DNA of 64,000 bases from a virus. Both the position numbers and the translations under genes were made by a program. Below the pieces are notes generated by a model. That model worked only from the letters and a program-made list of their open reading frames with translations. It had not been told where the DNA came from and did not search any database. Below are positions 33,910 to 43,605 of this stretch, piece after piece; position 1 is the stretch's first letter; every line of letters begins with the position of its first letter. The stretch lies in the IMG/VR virus record IMGVR_UViG_3300037189_015081, positions 32,001-96,000 of that record. One strand, written 5' to 3'.

Positions 33910-34001
33910 CCACGACAGGAGCGTCTGCCATGCGGCAGGCGCTCCACTGTCGTAGGCACCTGATATAATTAGCACATAGCGTAACGACGAAAGGACACGC
34001 C

Positions 34002-34409
34002 ATGACTACAAACCCAATCACCTACATCTACGACCCGGCTCAGATGGAAGCCATCTTCGAGGAGCTCACCCGTGAGGGTGGCGAGTACGAGGTAAACGCC
34101 ATTTGGAACACCAAACGCATCTACGACGTTGACGCCCAGAAGTGGATTGACGTCGAGAACCAGACGCACGACACCTTCATCATCAATGACGTGAGCTACC
34201 AGTGGTACCACGGTCACAACATGAAGCACCCGCAGACACCCACGCTCGTCGCGTTCTGGACGTCCAATCACCGCGAGGATGACTGGGACGAGCACGAGGT
34301 CGAGATCGACGCGACTGCGGCTGAGGTCTACGCCTTCATGCGTAGCGTCAATGGCTACGACTTCTATGATGGTCCCGACACCATCGCTGAGGCGCGAGGT
34401 GAGAGGTAA
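34002..34409 (+). CDS. Cassette gene, hypothetical
   Basis: Motif plus leader. Confidence 0.75.
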   Translation: MTTNPITYIYDPAQMEAIFEELTREGGEYEVNAIWNTKRIYDVDAQKWIDVENQTHDTFIINDVSYQWYHGHNMKHPQTPTLVAFWTSNHREDDWDEHEVEIDATAAEVYAFMRSVNGYDFYDGPDTIAEARGER

Positions 34410-34588
34410 TGACACTGCGCGCGGTCATCGACGTCTACTGTGGATACTGTGATGGTGTCCATGAGACGCAGCCCGTCGAGGGAATCATCGATGGTGACAG
34501 TAAGTCCTTCAGCTGGATCGCGTTCTGCCCTGAATGTGATCTCCACATCGAGGGACAGGACTCGATCGAAAAGCTGAATCTCAAGTAG
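34409..34588 (+). CDS. Small CxxC...CxxC protein
   Basis: TAATG coupling; CGYC and CPEC. Not in the ORF track. Confidence 0.65.
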   Translation: MTLRAVIDVYCGYCDGVHETQPVEGIIDGDSKSFSWIAFCPECDLHIEGQDSIEKLNLK

Positions 34589-34634
34589 GCACCTGATATA
34601 ATTAGATATATCAAAACGACGAAAGGAAAATGCC

Positions 34635-34892
34635 ATGGGAATTTACTACCAGGACATCATCAAGGTCGAGGAGAAACTCTTCGAGGACCTGACCACTGCA
34701 CTCGAGTGTGCACGCGCGGACTACGACAAGTGGTGCACGGTGAGCAAGAGCTACACCGAGCTGCGTGACGTTTTCCGTGACGACGCGACTGGCGAGATCG
34801 TCATCAAGTACAAGTACGATGACGACCTTGACGAGTCGGAGCGAGAGGATCGCTTCAGCGTCGAGTGGATGGAAATCGCGACCAGCGTCTAA
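34635..34892 (+). CDS. Cassette gene, hypothetical
   Basis: Motif plus leader. Confidence 0.75.
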   Translation: MGIYYQDIIKVEEKLFEDLTTALECARADYDKWCTVSKSYTELRDVFRDDATGEIVIKYKYDDDLDESEREDRFSVEWMEIATSV

Positions 34893-34939
34893 GACCTGAT
34901 ATAATTAGATCATCAACAAAACGACGAAAGGAAACTGCC

Positions 34940-35404
34940 ATGGAAAATATCCAGAGCAAGATCATCGGAAAAGCTCTCTACCTTGAGCTCCGCAACGGAA
35001 ACTACACCAACCAAATCATTCTGATGCCGGAAGGCACCAGCGCGGAGGGAAAGTACGTGCCCACAACCACGTACCGTCGCCGCATCTCTGAGTCGACGCC
35101 GCGCAAAACCTGGCGCGTCATGTCCAGCCTGTTCCGCAGCGAGCGAACCATCGATGGAACCCTCGTTCCGCTCGGTCGCGAGCACGCGCTCGCCACAGTC
35201 ACAGATCGCCTTGGCTACACCAAGGGACTGTTCGACCAGCTCGTCAGTGGAGGGTACAGCATCTACAAGCAGCCCATCACTGTCGAGGTTACTCCCGAGG
35301 ACCTGGTCGACGTGTACAACGCGAAGACTCCCTACAAGGTCATCGCGCGAATCACCCGTTCGCGCCGTGCGCTTGGCTTTGGCGAAGACCTCTTCGTCAA
35401 GTAG
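34940..35404 (+). CDS. Cassette gene, hypothetical
   Basis: Motif plus leader; start corrected to MENIQ. Confidence 0.75.
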   Translation: MENIQSKIIGKALYLELRNGNYTNQIILMPEGTSAEGKYVPTTTYRRRISESTPRKTWRVMSSLFRSERTIDGTLVPLGREHALATVTDRLGYTKGLFDQLVSGGYSIYKQPITVEVTPEDLVDVYNAKTPYKVIARITRSRRALGFGEDLFVK

Positions 35405-35452
35405 CACCTGATATAATTACATTACCCAAACAAACGACGAAAGGACACGCCC

Positions 35453-36433
35453 ATGAATCCCACGGATTATGATGTGTTATACCCAGGACTCGGAGAGATC
35501 CTGAACTCAGCTGCCACCCAGTCGGTGAACGACGACCTCGCGACACTGCTCGCGAAGTACATGGTCGACCAGGGCAAGGCAGTCGCAAAGACTCCCACCA
35601 AGAAGAAGGTTGTTCCAGTCGTGAACGCTGACGCACTGCTTGGCTCATCCAAGTACAAGCGCCCGAACGGCGACGACTACTTCACCCGCAAGTGGGGCGA
35701 GCACGATGACGTCGAGGTTGTGCGCAAGGCGCGCGACAAGTCACAGTTCATCCTTCTGTACGGTGCGCCAGGTTGCGGTAAGACCGCACTGGTCGAGGCC
35801 GCCTTTGGTGAAAACCTTCACACCGTTCTCGGTAGCGGTGACACCGAGGTCTCCGACCTTGTAGGTGGATACGTCCAGACGCCGTCTGGTGGATTCGTCT
35901 GGGAGGATGGTCCTCTGCTCAAGGCTGCAATCGCTGGTGAGCCGCTGCTCATCGATGAGGTTGGTCTCATCGACCCGAAGGTCCTGTCGATCGTGTACGG
36001 TCTGATGGATGGTCGCCGTGAGTACACTGTCACTGCGAACCCTGAGCGCGGTACCGTGAAGGCGAAGGATGGTTTCTACGTCATCGCCGCCACGAACCCG
36101 AACGCTCCTGGTGTTCGACTCAGCGAGGCGCTCCTGTCGCGATTCACCATGCACGCTGAGATGACGACTGACTGGTCACTCGCCAAGAAGCTTGGCGCTC
36201 CTGCCACCATCGTCACTGCGGCGCAGAACCTCGCGAAGAAGCAAAAGGAGGGCGAGGTAAGCTGGGCACCACAGATGCGCGAGCTTCTCGCGTTCCGTGA
36301 CGTCTCTGCGGACTATGGCACCAAGTTCGCTATCGCGAACCTGCTGGCTGCTTCTCCTGAGATGGATCGCCCGGTCGTCGCTGACGTGTTCACTCGCGTC
36401 TTTGGCGAGGAGTGCCGTCCAGCCAAGATCTAA
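35453..36433 (+). CDS. MoxR/CbbQ/CobS-like AAA+ ATPase
   Basis: GAPGCGKT (Walker A), WEDGPL, LLIDE (Walker B), AATNP and LSEALLSRF. Confidence 0.9.
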   Translation: MNPTDYDVLYPGLGEILNSAATQSVNDDLATLLAKYMVDQGKAVAKTPTKKKVVPVVNADALLGSSKYKRPNGDDYFTRKWGEHDDVEVVRKARDKSQFILLYGAPGCGKTALVEAAFGENLHTVLGSGDTEVSDLVGGYVQTPSGGFVWEDGPLLKAAIAGEPLLIDEVGLIDPKVLSIVYGLMDGRREYTVTANPERGTVKAKDGFYVIAATNPNAPGVRLSEALLSRFTMHAEMTTDWSLAKKLGAPATIVTAAQNLAKKQKEGEVSWAPQMRELLAFRDVSADYGTKFAIANLLAASPEMDRPVVADVFTRVFGEECRPAKI

Positions 36434-36483
36434 CAAGCCCGGTGCCGCGGTTTCTTCGTCGTTCCCGCCGCACCGTTCCCCAA

Positions 36484-36516
36484 GGAGGGGGCCTGATTTG
36501 GGTTCAGGCTCCCTCC
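36484..36516 (+). terminator. Hairpin preceding a motif copy
   Basis: GGAGGGGGCCTGA...TCAGGCTCCCTCC. Similar hairpins near 33383, 33912, 38370, 38723, 39458, 40260, 40308, 42637 and 46195. Confidence 0.6.
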
Positions 36517-36578
36517 ATCTAAAACGACCTGATATAATTAGAACATAGCATAACGACATCTTGACGGAAGGACACGCT

Positions 36579-38363
36579 ATGGCACACATTCACTCTTCAA
36601 ACACCCGCGCAGAGGCAACGCCATCCAAATGGCTCCGACTTGGCGCACAGCTCGGTGAACTCGTAAACACCTGGGCACATCGCACTGACCTGGTTGCCTA
36701 CGTTGGTCCAGGCGCTGGTGGTCAAGCTCCCGCATGTTACAACCCGCGGCTCGCCGAGGTCGAGGTAAACGTAACCGTGGCATTCGGTGCGGCAACCACT
36801 CCAGAGATGATTGACAACATCACCAAGCGCGACACGCAGTTCGAGTACCCCAAGGCAACAGGCGCCATCTACCACGAGGCGCTTCACGCCAAGTACTCAC
36901 GCTGGTCGCTCGAGGATGCAGCACGCGAACTCAGCGAAAAGGAGCTCCAGGCAATCAACCTTCTCGAGGAAACGCGCATCGAGGCAAATGGCGTCAATGA
37001 CGTCCCGAAGAACCAAGTGTTCCTTCGCGCCTGCGCACTGGAGATTGTTCTCGCTGACGCCGAGGAAGGACTCGGAAAGATGACGTCCACTCGTGCGGCT
37101 GCCCAGCTCGCTGGACTCACACTCGCGCGCGTTGACGCTGGTGTCCTTGAGCGCAGCGACGTGGACATCATCGCTGACGTTCTCGATGGGATGCTCGGCG
37201 AAGACCTCATCATCAAGCTGCGTTCCATCTGGAATCGTTTCCAAATGCACGACCAGCACTATGACGCAACGCCGCTCTACGACCTTGCCCGTGAATGGGT
37301 TGCGGTCGTCGAGGAAGCCGCCAAGGATGACGAGCCAGAGGGCACTGATGGCGAGGGTGACGAAGTACCCGAACACATCAAAGAACTTCTCGACGCTCTT
37401 GTAAATGATGCCGAGGCAACTGGGTTTGCTGCCGCAGACCAGGCTGCCGACCAGGCTGAAGGTGAGGCGTGGATCGAGATCGCTGGTGGAAAGTCGCGCG
37501 CGGCAAAGGAGCGTCAGGAAAACGCCAGGACTGCCACCACTGTCTTCAGCAAGGGCACTGGCCCGATGGCAACCAGCAAGTCAAGTTCGCGTCTCTATGA
37601 GAAGCGCAAGCCAACCTCTGAGGAGCGCGTTGCCGCGGTCAAGGTGGCGACCATGCTTGAGAAGGCGAAGTACCGTGAGCGCGACATGCACGAGATCCAG
37701 TCCGTGACTCCTCCCGGTCGCCTGCGCACTCGAGCTCTTGTTCAGGGCGCGGCACTCAAGTCTAAGGGAATCATGGCGCAGACCGAGCCGTGGCGTCGTC
37801 ACGTGCGCAAGCACACCGATGAGCCAACGCTCAAGGTTGGCGTGATGGTCGACATCTCTGGTTCTATGGGTTCCGCGATGGTTCCAATGGCTGTCACCGC
37901 GTGGGTCATGTCTGAGGCGTCTAAGCGCGTTCAGGCACGCGCCGCGATGGTGTACTACGGTAGCGACGTGTTCCCGACCTTGAAGCCAGGTCAGAGTCTC
38001 GACCAGGTGCACGTGTATACTGCGCCTGACGGAACCGAGAAGTTCGACAAGGCGTTCAAGGCGATCGACGGTGCGCTCGATCTTCTGCACGGTGATGGCG
38101 CCCGCTTGCTCGTCGTGGTGAGCGATGGACACTACACCTACGAGGAGACCGCGCGAGCCGAAGCGTGGGTCAAGCGTTGTCACGCTGAAGGCGTTGCCGT
38201 CCTGTGGTTGCCGTTTGACTCTGGCATGATGGCTCAGCGAGTCTGCAAGGGCACTGACGCGATTGTGCTCAGCGGTCGACTGGATCCCGCCGAGGCAGCA
38301 ACCAAGATTGGTCAGGCTGCCGCGATGGCGCTGACCAAGGCAGGCGCACGCGCGGCTGCATAA
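36579..38363 (+). CDS. VWA (CobT-like) protein with N-terminal HExxH motif
   Basis: YHEALH...NLLEETRIE; MIDAS motif DISGSM...T...VVSDG. Confidence 0.88.
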   Translation: MAHIHSSNTRAEATPSKWLRLGAQLGELVNTWAHRTDLVAYVGPGAGGQAPACYNPRLAEVEVNVTVAFGAATTPEMIDNITKRDTQFEYPKATGAIYHEALHAKYSRWSLEDAARELSEKELQAINLLEETRIEANGVNDVPKNQVFLRACALEIVLADAEEGLGKMTSTRAAAQLAGLTLARVDAGVLERSDVDIIADVLDGMLGEDLIIKLRSIWNRFQMHDQHYDATPLYDLAREWVAVVEEAAKDDEPEGTDGEGDEVPEHIKELLDALVNDAEATGFAAADQAADQAEGEAWIEIAGGKSRAAKERQENARTATTVFSKGTGPMATSKSSSRLYEKRKPTSEERVAAVKVATMLEKAKYRERDMHEIQSVTPPGRLRTRALVQGAALKSKGIMAQTEPWRRHVRKHTDEPTLKVGVMVDISGSMGSAMVPMAVTAWVMSEASKRVQARAAMVYYGSDVFPTLKPGQSLDQVHVYTAPDGTEKFDKAFKAIDGALDLLHGDGARLLVVVSDGHYTYEETARAEAWVKRCHAEGVAVLWLPFDSGMMAQRVCKGTDAIVLSGRLDPAEAATKIGQAAAMALTKAGARAAA

Positions 38364-38475
38364 CAAGCTCCAGTGCGGGGACGGTTACCTTCCGTCAATC
38401 GTCCCGTCCCTGCACTGGGTTCTCTGTCAGGGCGACCTGATATAATAAAACTAACAACGACGAAAGGACAGCATT

Positions 38476-38715
38476 ATGGCTGAACAAATCTTCATCTCAC
38501 ACAACGGATCCGGAACCTTCTTCGGTCTGGACGACGACGTGCAGCTCATCAGCGCGACGGACGTCGAGAACAATGACAGCGAAGCACTTGTCTCCGGTGA
38601 CATCTCCGACGTTGCGGTTGACTACGGGTACACGATTACGCCCGAGCTCGCACAGATTCTCTACGAGGTAGCAATGAACTATCACGAAAAGGGAGTAGTA
38701 CCCGTGATACAATAG
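38476..38715 (+). CDS. Cassette gene, acidic hypothetical
   Basis: Motif plus leader. Confidence 0.7.
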   Translation: MAEQIFISHNGSGTFFGLDDDVQLISATDVENNDSEALVSGDISDVAVDYGYTITPELAQILYEVAMNYHEKGVVPVIQ

Positions 38716-38841
38716 TATCTACGGCCGCGGAGGCTACCACTAGTTTCCGCGGCCAAACACATACAACTGAATACCCGCGGCTGATGCGGGACTGTGTGCA
38801 AGAAGAAGCGCGGGAAATACCCACGCAGGAAGGAGAACACA

Positions 38842-39438
38842 GTGACAAACAAGCAAACCAAAAAAGAACAACTAAACCAGCTCCGCGAAAAGTGGAACTG
38901 GGACTCCAAGGAAGCGATCGAAGACCGGGTCACTTTCATTCTCAACAAAGCCCGCCAGGATTACCTGCGGGTGTACGGCAAGGCGGACGGGATCGCACTG
39001 GCGCGGTATCAGTCCGAGCTACTGCACGAAGATCGTGCGGTCGGGACGCAGCGTGCGATCCGACGACAGGAGCGGGCACGGGCTCGTAACCTGATCCTTG
39101 AAACCTTCAAGGATTTCCCACGGGACACTGTCACTGGCATGATTGCAGCCGGGGTGGTAGACGAGATTACCGGGTCAGAGCCCGAGGACGTCTTCGCCCA
39201 GATTGAGCTCGATCCAAGCGTGGCACGCGTCGAGACAGGACCAATCAGCCTGCCTAGCCCGGGGGATATGACGGGTGCTGACGGGTCACTATTTGACGAC
39301 CTGACTAGCCCGACGAACCTTGGCGCGCTTTTTGGCAACCGGGTTGCCTTGTCAAGCAGGTCAGCGAAGGCTCGTGAGATCGTGCAAGCGGTTTCTGGAT
39401 CTGTCCAGTACCCTACAACAGAGTACCTAGCCTCGTAG
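38842..39438 (+). CDS. Hypothetical protein
   Basis: AGGAG RBS with GTG start; the 3' third overlaps a repeat element. Confidence 0.6.
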   Translation: MTNKQTKKEQLNQLREKWNWDSKEAIEDRVTFILNKARQDYLRVYGKADGIALARYQSELLHEDRAVGTQRAIRRQERARARNLILETFKDFPRDTVTGMIAAGVVDEITGSEPEDVFAQIELDPSVARVETGPISLPSPGDMTGADGSLFDDLTSPTNLGALFGNRVALSSRSAKAREIVQAVSGSVQYPTTEYLAS

Positions 39439-39546
39439 GTTCAAGCTACTCGTAACGGAAGTGGTCACCAGGTTACTGGTGGCCATTTCTGTCATAGGTG
39501 CCTGATATAATTAGATATATCAACGCAATGACGAAAGGAGCCGATT

Positions 39547-39765
39547 ATGGCTGCTAATGAAATCCCTGAAACTCTGGTCATCAACCTCAAGTTCTCTGTC
39601 GATCGAGACTGGATCGAGGAATACATCGCCGATGGCGAGGAAGTCACCTTGCAGATGATGCTTGACGCTCTTCGCGAACAGGCACTCGAATGGCTCGCAG
39701 ATGACGCGTACAACATGGTTCAGACCGCTGACGTCTTCGACGGAGACGGAAACCAGGTCTGCTAG
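39547..39765 (+). CDS. Cassette gene, acidic hypothetical
   Basis: Motif plus leader. Confidence 0.7.
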   Translation: MAANEIPETLVINLKFSVDRDWIEEYIADGEEVTLQMMLDALREQALEWLADDAYNMVQTADVFDGDGNQVC

Positions 39766-39921
39766 TTGATTGGGTGTCACAGGCACCTGATATAATTAGA
39801 TACATAAGCCCAAACCAAACGGTTTGGATATCCGGAGCGAAAGCACCTGATATAATTAGATACATCAAGCCAAACGGTTTGGTAAACGACGCAAGACAAA
39901 AACCGAAAGGACGTGATGATT

Positions 39922-40248
39922 ATGGCTACTGTCGAGATCACCACTACCATTACCACCCAGACCGAGGTCGCTGACCTCACCGGAACGAACGCAGCGGCCT
40001 TGCTCGCCGAGTTCGAGGAAACCAAGGCTGCCATCAAGGCGCTCGAGGAAAAGAAGGATGCTGCTGAAGCTCTCCTTCGCGAGCTGCTCGGTGACGCGGA
40101 GGTTGCCACCATCAACGGCGAGAAGCTGTTCAAGCTCGTACACGGCATGAACACTAGTTTCGACCGCGAGCTCATGAAGAAGGCATTCCCTGAAGCCTTC
40201 AGCGCGACGCTCAAGAAGAAGGCTTACACCTACATCAAGGCGATGTAG
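39922..40248 (+). CDS. Cassette gene, coiled-coil protein
   Basis: IKALEEKKDAAEALLRELLGDAE...SFD..LMK..FPE.F resembles the C-termini of YqaJ-associated phage proteins. Confidence 0.7.
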   Translation: MATVEITTTITTQTEVADLTGTNAAALLAEFEETKAAIKALEEKKDAAEALLRELLGDAEVATINGEKLFKLVHGMNTSFDRELMKKAFPEAFSATLKKKAYTYIKAM

Positions 40249-40390
40249 GTTCCCAGACTGGATACCGCACGTATGCAGAATGTTGCACAACGCGTGCGGT
40301 ATCCTCCGGCCCTGGTGAGAATCCCCCCTCTCATCAGGGCCATTTCCATTAGTGCGCGGTATCGTAGACACCAGGTCAACAAGGAGAATC

Positions 40391-40561
40391 ATGAACACAG
40401 TTGCTGAGTTACTCAGTGTGGTAAAGACACTCGCGCCTTACGCGCGGATTGAGCAATATCTTGATGGCAACATTGTCATCGTCCTCAATGCGCGGTTGGC
40501 AGATGACAACGCGCACCTTGAACCTCTGGACGCTGACGTTTTTGACGCGGCAGGAGAGTAG
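40391..40561 (+). CDS. Hypothetical protein
   Basis: AAGGAG RBS. Confidence 0.6.
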   Translation: MNTVAELLSVVKTLAPYARIEQYLDGNIVIVLNARLADDNAHLEPLDADVFDAAGE

Positions 40562-40631
40562 ATACCGCGCGGTCATTTGAAGTCGCCTGATATAATCATT
40601 ACAGCAATACAAAATGACGAAAGGAGTCCTC

Positions 40632-40844
40632 ATGGACGCTACCAAACACGACTGCGAAGACGCCGGTGGGAACCTTGACTACTGGGCAGAGACCTTCACC
40701 TGTGAGGACTGCGGCGCGGTACGCGCGGCAACTCAGAGCGAGCTTGATGACTACCGTGCCATGCTCCAGGAGGACTTTGAAAGGGACATGGCAATCATCT
40801 ACCAGCAAGAACTCCGTGACGCCTCTGACGCTCTGGAGAGCTAG
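40632..40844 (+). CDS. Cassette gene, Zn-ribbon-like
   Basis: Motif plus leader; HDC...CEDC. Confidence 0.7.
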   Translation: MDATKHDCEDAGGNLDYWAETFTCEDCGAVRAATQSELDDYRAMLQEDFERDMAIIYQQELRDASDALES

Positions 40845-40922
40845 CGCCCCGAGACTCGAGTACCTGATATAATAGGTACTAGCAACACGGAAACACAAAG
40901 ACAAATGACGAAGGGAGTTGCC

Positions 40923-41105
40923 ATGGCAATTCGACTGACAGACGGAAACGCGTTCGCCATCATCGGTGAGGGACGCGAGGAACTCAAAAAGCAGGGACGC
41001 AGCGATGAAATCGCCCAGTTCACTGCTGAAATGACCGCAGGTGACTACAATCACCTTTTGCAGACCATGCTCCGCTGGTTCCCAGACGTAGAGGTTGGTG
41101 AGTAA
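40923..41105 (+). CDS. Cassette gene, conserved phage hypothetical
   Basis: DGNAFAIIG...GDYNHLL. Confidence 0.75.
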   Translation: MAIRLTDGNAFAIIGEGREELKKQGRSDEIAQFTAEMTAGDYNHLLQTMLRWFPDVEVGE

Positions 41106-41453
41106 ATGAAGACAGCGCTTCGCGTCAACGCGGATCTCACCACTGAGGTCCTCGACCTGACCAATGACGAATACGACCAGCTCAGCAGAGCGGTGGATGG
41201 CTGGATTCAGGCCGTCAACCTAAACCCAAATCTCACCATCTGGTGTAATGAGGAAGGCAAGCTAAACGGCTTGCCAGTCAACATCGCGGGAACAGCGGTC
41301 TGGGAGGAATACTTCGGCCGCACGGACGTAATCGTCGGAAACGTCGTATTCACTGGCACACCAGATGAGAATGGCGACACTCTTCCGCTCGCCGACTTCC
41401 AGGTTGCACAACTCCAGAAGATCGTCGCCAGCGTTCGCGAGCTGACGCAGTGA
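41106..41453 (+). CDS. DUF3846-like protein
   Basis: VDGWIQAV...CNEEGKLNGLPVN...DVIVGNVVFTG. Confidence 0.85.
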   Translation: MKTALRVNADLTTEVLDLTNDEYDQLSRAVDGWIQAVNLNPNLTIWCNEEGKLNGLPVNIAGTAVWEEYFGRTDVIVGNVVFTGTPDENGDTLPLADFQVAQLQKIVASVRELTQ

Positions 41454-41641
41454 CCGAGCGCAAGAAGGCGAAAGGTGCGGGCGTCTGGGAAATCCTGGAC
41501 GCTCACACCGGCGCACGTCTGAACAAGTTTCGTGCGCGGCGTCAAGCAGATGTCGATCGAAACATGCAAATCGTTCTCGTGGGTCTCGGTAAACAGCCAG
41601 ACGACGTCAAACTCGTGTTCGTCGCAGACTGGGAAGACTAG
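41450..41641 (+). CDS. Hypothetical protein
   Basis: GTGA overlap. Confidence 0.6.
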   Translation: MTERKKAKGAGVWEILDAHTGARLNKFRARRQADVDRNMQIVLVGLGKQPDDVKLVFVADWED

Positions 41642-41702
41642 ACCGCGCGGTAACTAGAGTACCTGATATAATTAGAATATCAGCACGACGAAAGGACACC
41701 AC

Positions 41703-41873
41703 ATGAACACTGTAAAAGAAGTTCTGGAACTCCTGGAAACAAAAATAACCGAGACTCAGGAAGAAATCGACGCGGCAGACGCCGCAGGCGAAACTTCAGA
41801 GCTCGAGTACCTTGACGGTCTCATGGAAGCGTACACGCTTATCGAAACCGCAATCAAAACCAAGAGAGACTGA
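41703..41873 (+). CDS. Cassette gene, small acidic helical protein
   Basis: Motif plus ACGACGAAAGGA leader. Not in the ORF track. Confidence 0.7.
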   Translation: MNTVKEVLELLETKITETQEEIDAADAAGETSELEYLDGLMEAYTLIETAIKTKRD

Positions 41874-41880
41874 GGTAGCC

Positions 41881-42093
41881 ATGACAGAAAACATCTGCAC
41901 GGACTGCGGGCTAACGCCAGGCTATGAAATAGCCCAGCACTCTCTCAACAAGGCCGCCTTTATCAAACTTGACTCTGTGAAAGGCGTCATGATGACCGCA
42001 AACCAGCCAGACTACGCTGCGGCCATTGAAAAGGTTCTCACGGAATGGCGAACGCACGCTCTTCCAGCCTGTGATCCGTTGGCAATATCGTGA
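41881..42093 (+). CDS. Hypothetical protein
   Basis: GAGG RBS; CTDC. Confidence 0.6.
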   Translation: MTENICTDCGLTPGYEIAQHSLNKAAFIKLDSVKGVMMTANQPDYAAAIEKVLTEWRTHALPACDPLAIS

Positions 42094-42320
42094 AAGCCGT
42101 CTACTGGATCCAGGCCAGAATGAAAGGTGCCGTTTGGTACCTTGAACGAGGATACATACCAGTCTGGCTGTATGCGGCAATCCACTTCACACTCTGGGCG
42201 ATTGGGTTTACATTACTCGTTCTTCTCCAGCCGCTTATTCTTCTCGCCGACAGGCGCGAATCCCGGTCCCGACAGGGACTAGAAAATGAAACAATGACGA
42301 AAGGACAGGTGGTCGTATGA
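42090..42320 (+). CDS. Small membrane protein
   Basis: Overlap coupling and a TM helix. Confidence 0.5.
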   Translation: MKAVYWIQARMKGAVWYLERGYIPVWLYAAIHFTLWAIGFTLLVLLQPLILLADRRESRSRQGLENETMTKGQVVV

Positions 42321-42616
42321 CAACCGAAATCGAAACAGCAACTGCACCCACGGCAACAGCGAAGAAGCTCGTTCGCGTAAAACCATACACGCGAACTGAA
42401 GAGCTCCCTGAACTTGCCGAGGGAGTGACCCTTCCCGCAGGATACACGCCCGCCTACTTCCGTAAGCGCAAGACCCTTGCGGTTTTGCGCGCGGTTGACC
42501 GAACGCACTACTTGGTGTTCGACACCTCAACTGGAAACAAGTTGAAGGTGGGAACCTGCAAGGAAGCGTCGTCCACGATGAGCGAGATTCGTCGAGGACT
42601 CAAGACCTTCGCGTAA
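42317..42616 (+). CDS. Hypothetical basic protein
   Basis: ATGACGAAAGGA leader; hairpin terminator follows. Confidence 0.7.
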   Translation: MTTEIETATAPTATAKKLVRVKPYTRTEELPELAEGVTLPAGYTPAYFRKRKTLAVLRAVDRTHYLVFDTSTGNKLKVGTCKEASSTMSEIRRGLKTFA

Positions 42617-42745
42617 ATGCCTCCTCGCGAAGAAAAAGGAGAGACCCGGACTGGACCCCGGGTCTCTTCCTTTATGCGGCTGATGACCAGTCTGGAGTGC
42701 ATGATATAATTAGAATATCACGGCAACCAGACGGAAGGAGATGCC

Positions 42746-42916
42746 ATGGCTAAAAACAAAAAGCCTAAGGGCACGGAGAATAAGGCGTACATCGAAGGTA
42801 TGCGTCAGATTCGCCGCTCCAATGCCGCGGGAACGCATGACAGCCGTCCCAACCGCGAACGCACTCGTTCCGCTGCGCGGAACAAGGCAATTCACGAATA
42901 TCGTGACATCTCGTAG
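42746..42916 (+). CDS. Cassette gene, 56-aa basic protein (MAKNKKPKG...RRSNAAGTHDSRPNRERTR)
   Basis: Variant motif plus GACGGAAGGAG leader. Different frame from the ORF-track call. Confidence 0.65.
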   Translation: MAKNKKPKGTENKAYIEGMRQIRRSNAAGTHDSRPNRERTRSAARNKAIHEYRDIS

Positions 42917-42992
42917 CAAATAGAGTAAATACTCCAAAGCACCTGATATAATAGATATATCAGCACAACGACGCATGACGGAAGGAACCATC

Positions 42993-43226
42993 ATGAATGA
43001 AAAACCAAAGTACATCATCCGACGAGCCATCATTGGACTCGCAAGCGTACCATTCATCGCCTCCATCTACACCATCGGATACTCACTGCTCGTACTCGCA
43101 GGAGTAAACCCAACCAGCACGTTCGACGGTGTAATGGTGAACGGTGTCATCATCGGATTCGCGGTAGCAATCGTCTTCACCTTCATCAAGCAGGTAGTGC
43201 GATTCGCGGCATGGATCACGGAGTAA
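42993..43226 (+). CDS. Cassette gene, two-TM membrane protein
   Basis: Motif plus leader. Confidence 0.7.
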   Translation: MNEKPKYIIRRAIIGLASVPFIASIYTIGYSLLVLAGVNPTSTFDGVMVNGVIIGFAVAIVFTFIKQVVRFAAWITE

Positions 43227-43330
43227 CGACATGACAACCAGCACGTACGCAATCTTCGTATCAATTCCGTTCACCAAACTTCAACTCGAGATCGAGATCG
43301 ATCTCCCGCTCTTCAGAAAGGCAGGACGCC

Positions 43331-43603
43331 ATGAGTCTTGAAAATCTACAAATCATCTCAACCGATCACCACCGCAACGGTGTCGGAGGACACCCGTTCC
43401 GCGTCGCACTTGTCGACGACCCGAACGAAGGCGACACGAAACTCGTCATCATGTTCGCGGAACCAGGTTACACCGCGGTGCTATCGCTCGACAAGCTGAT
43501 TCAGGACGAGGACATCGCCTTTGGATCAAACTCGTGGAGAGGCGACAAATACGAAGACGCTCTCCGCGACAAGCTCTTCTCCAGCGATGACGAGGACGAC
43601 TAA
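43331..43603 (+). CDS. Conserved phage hypothetical protein
   Basis: HHRNGVGG.PF...NSWRGD.YE. Confidence 0.7.
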   Translation: MSLENLQIISTDHHRNGVGGHPFRVALVDDPNEGDTKLVIMFAEPGYTAVLSLDKLIQDEDIAFGSNSWRGDKYEDALRDKLFSSDDEDD

Positions 43604-43605
43604 CC

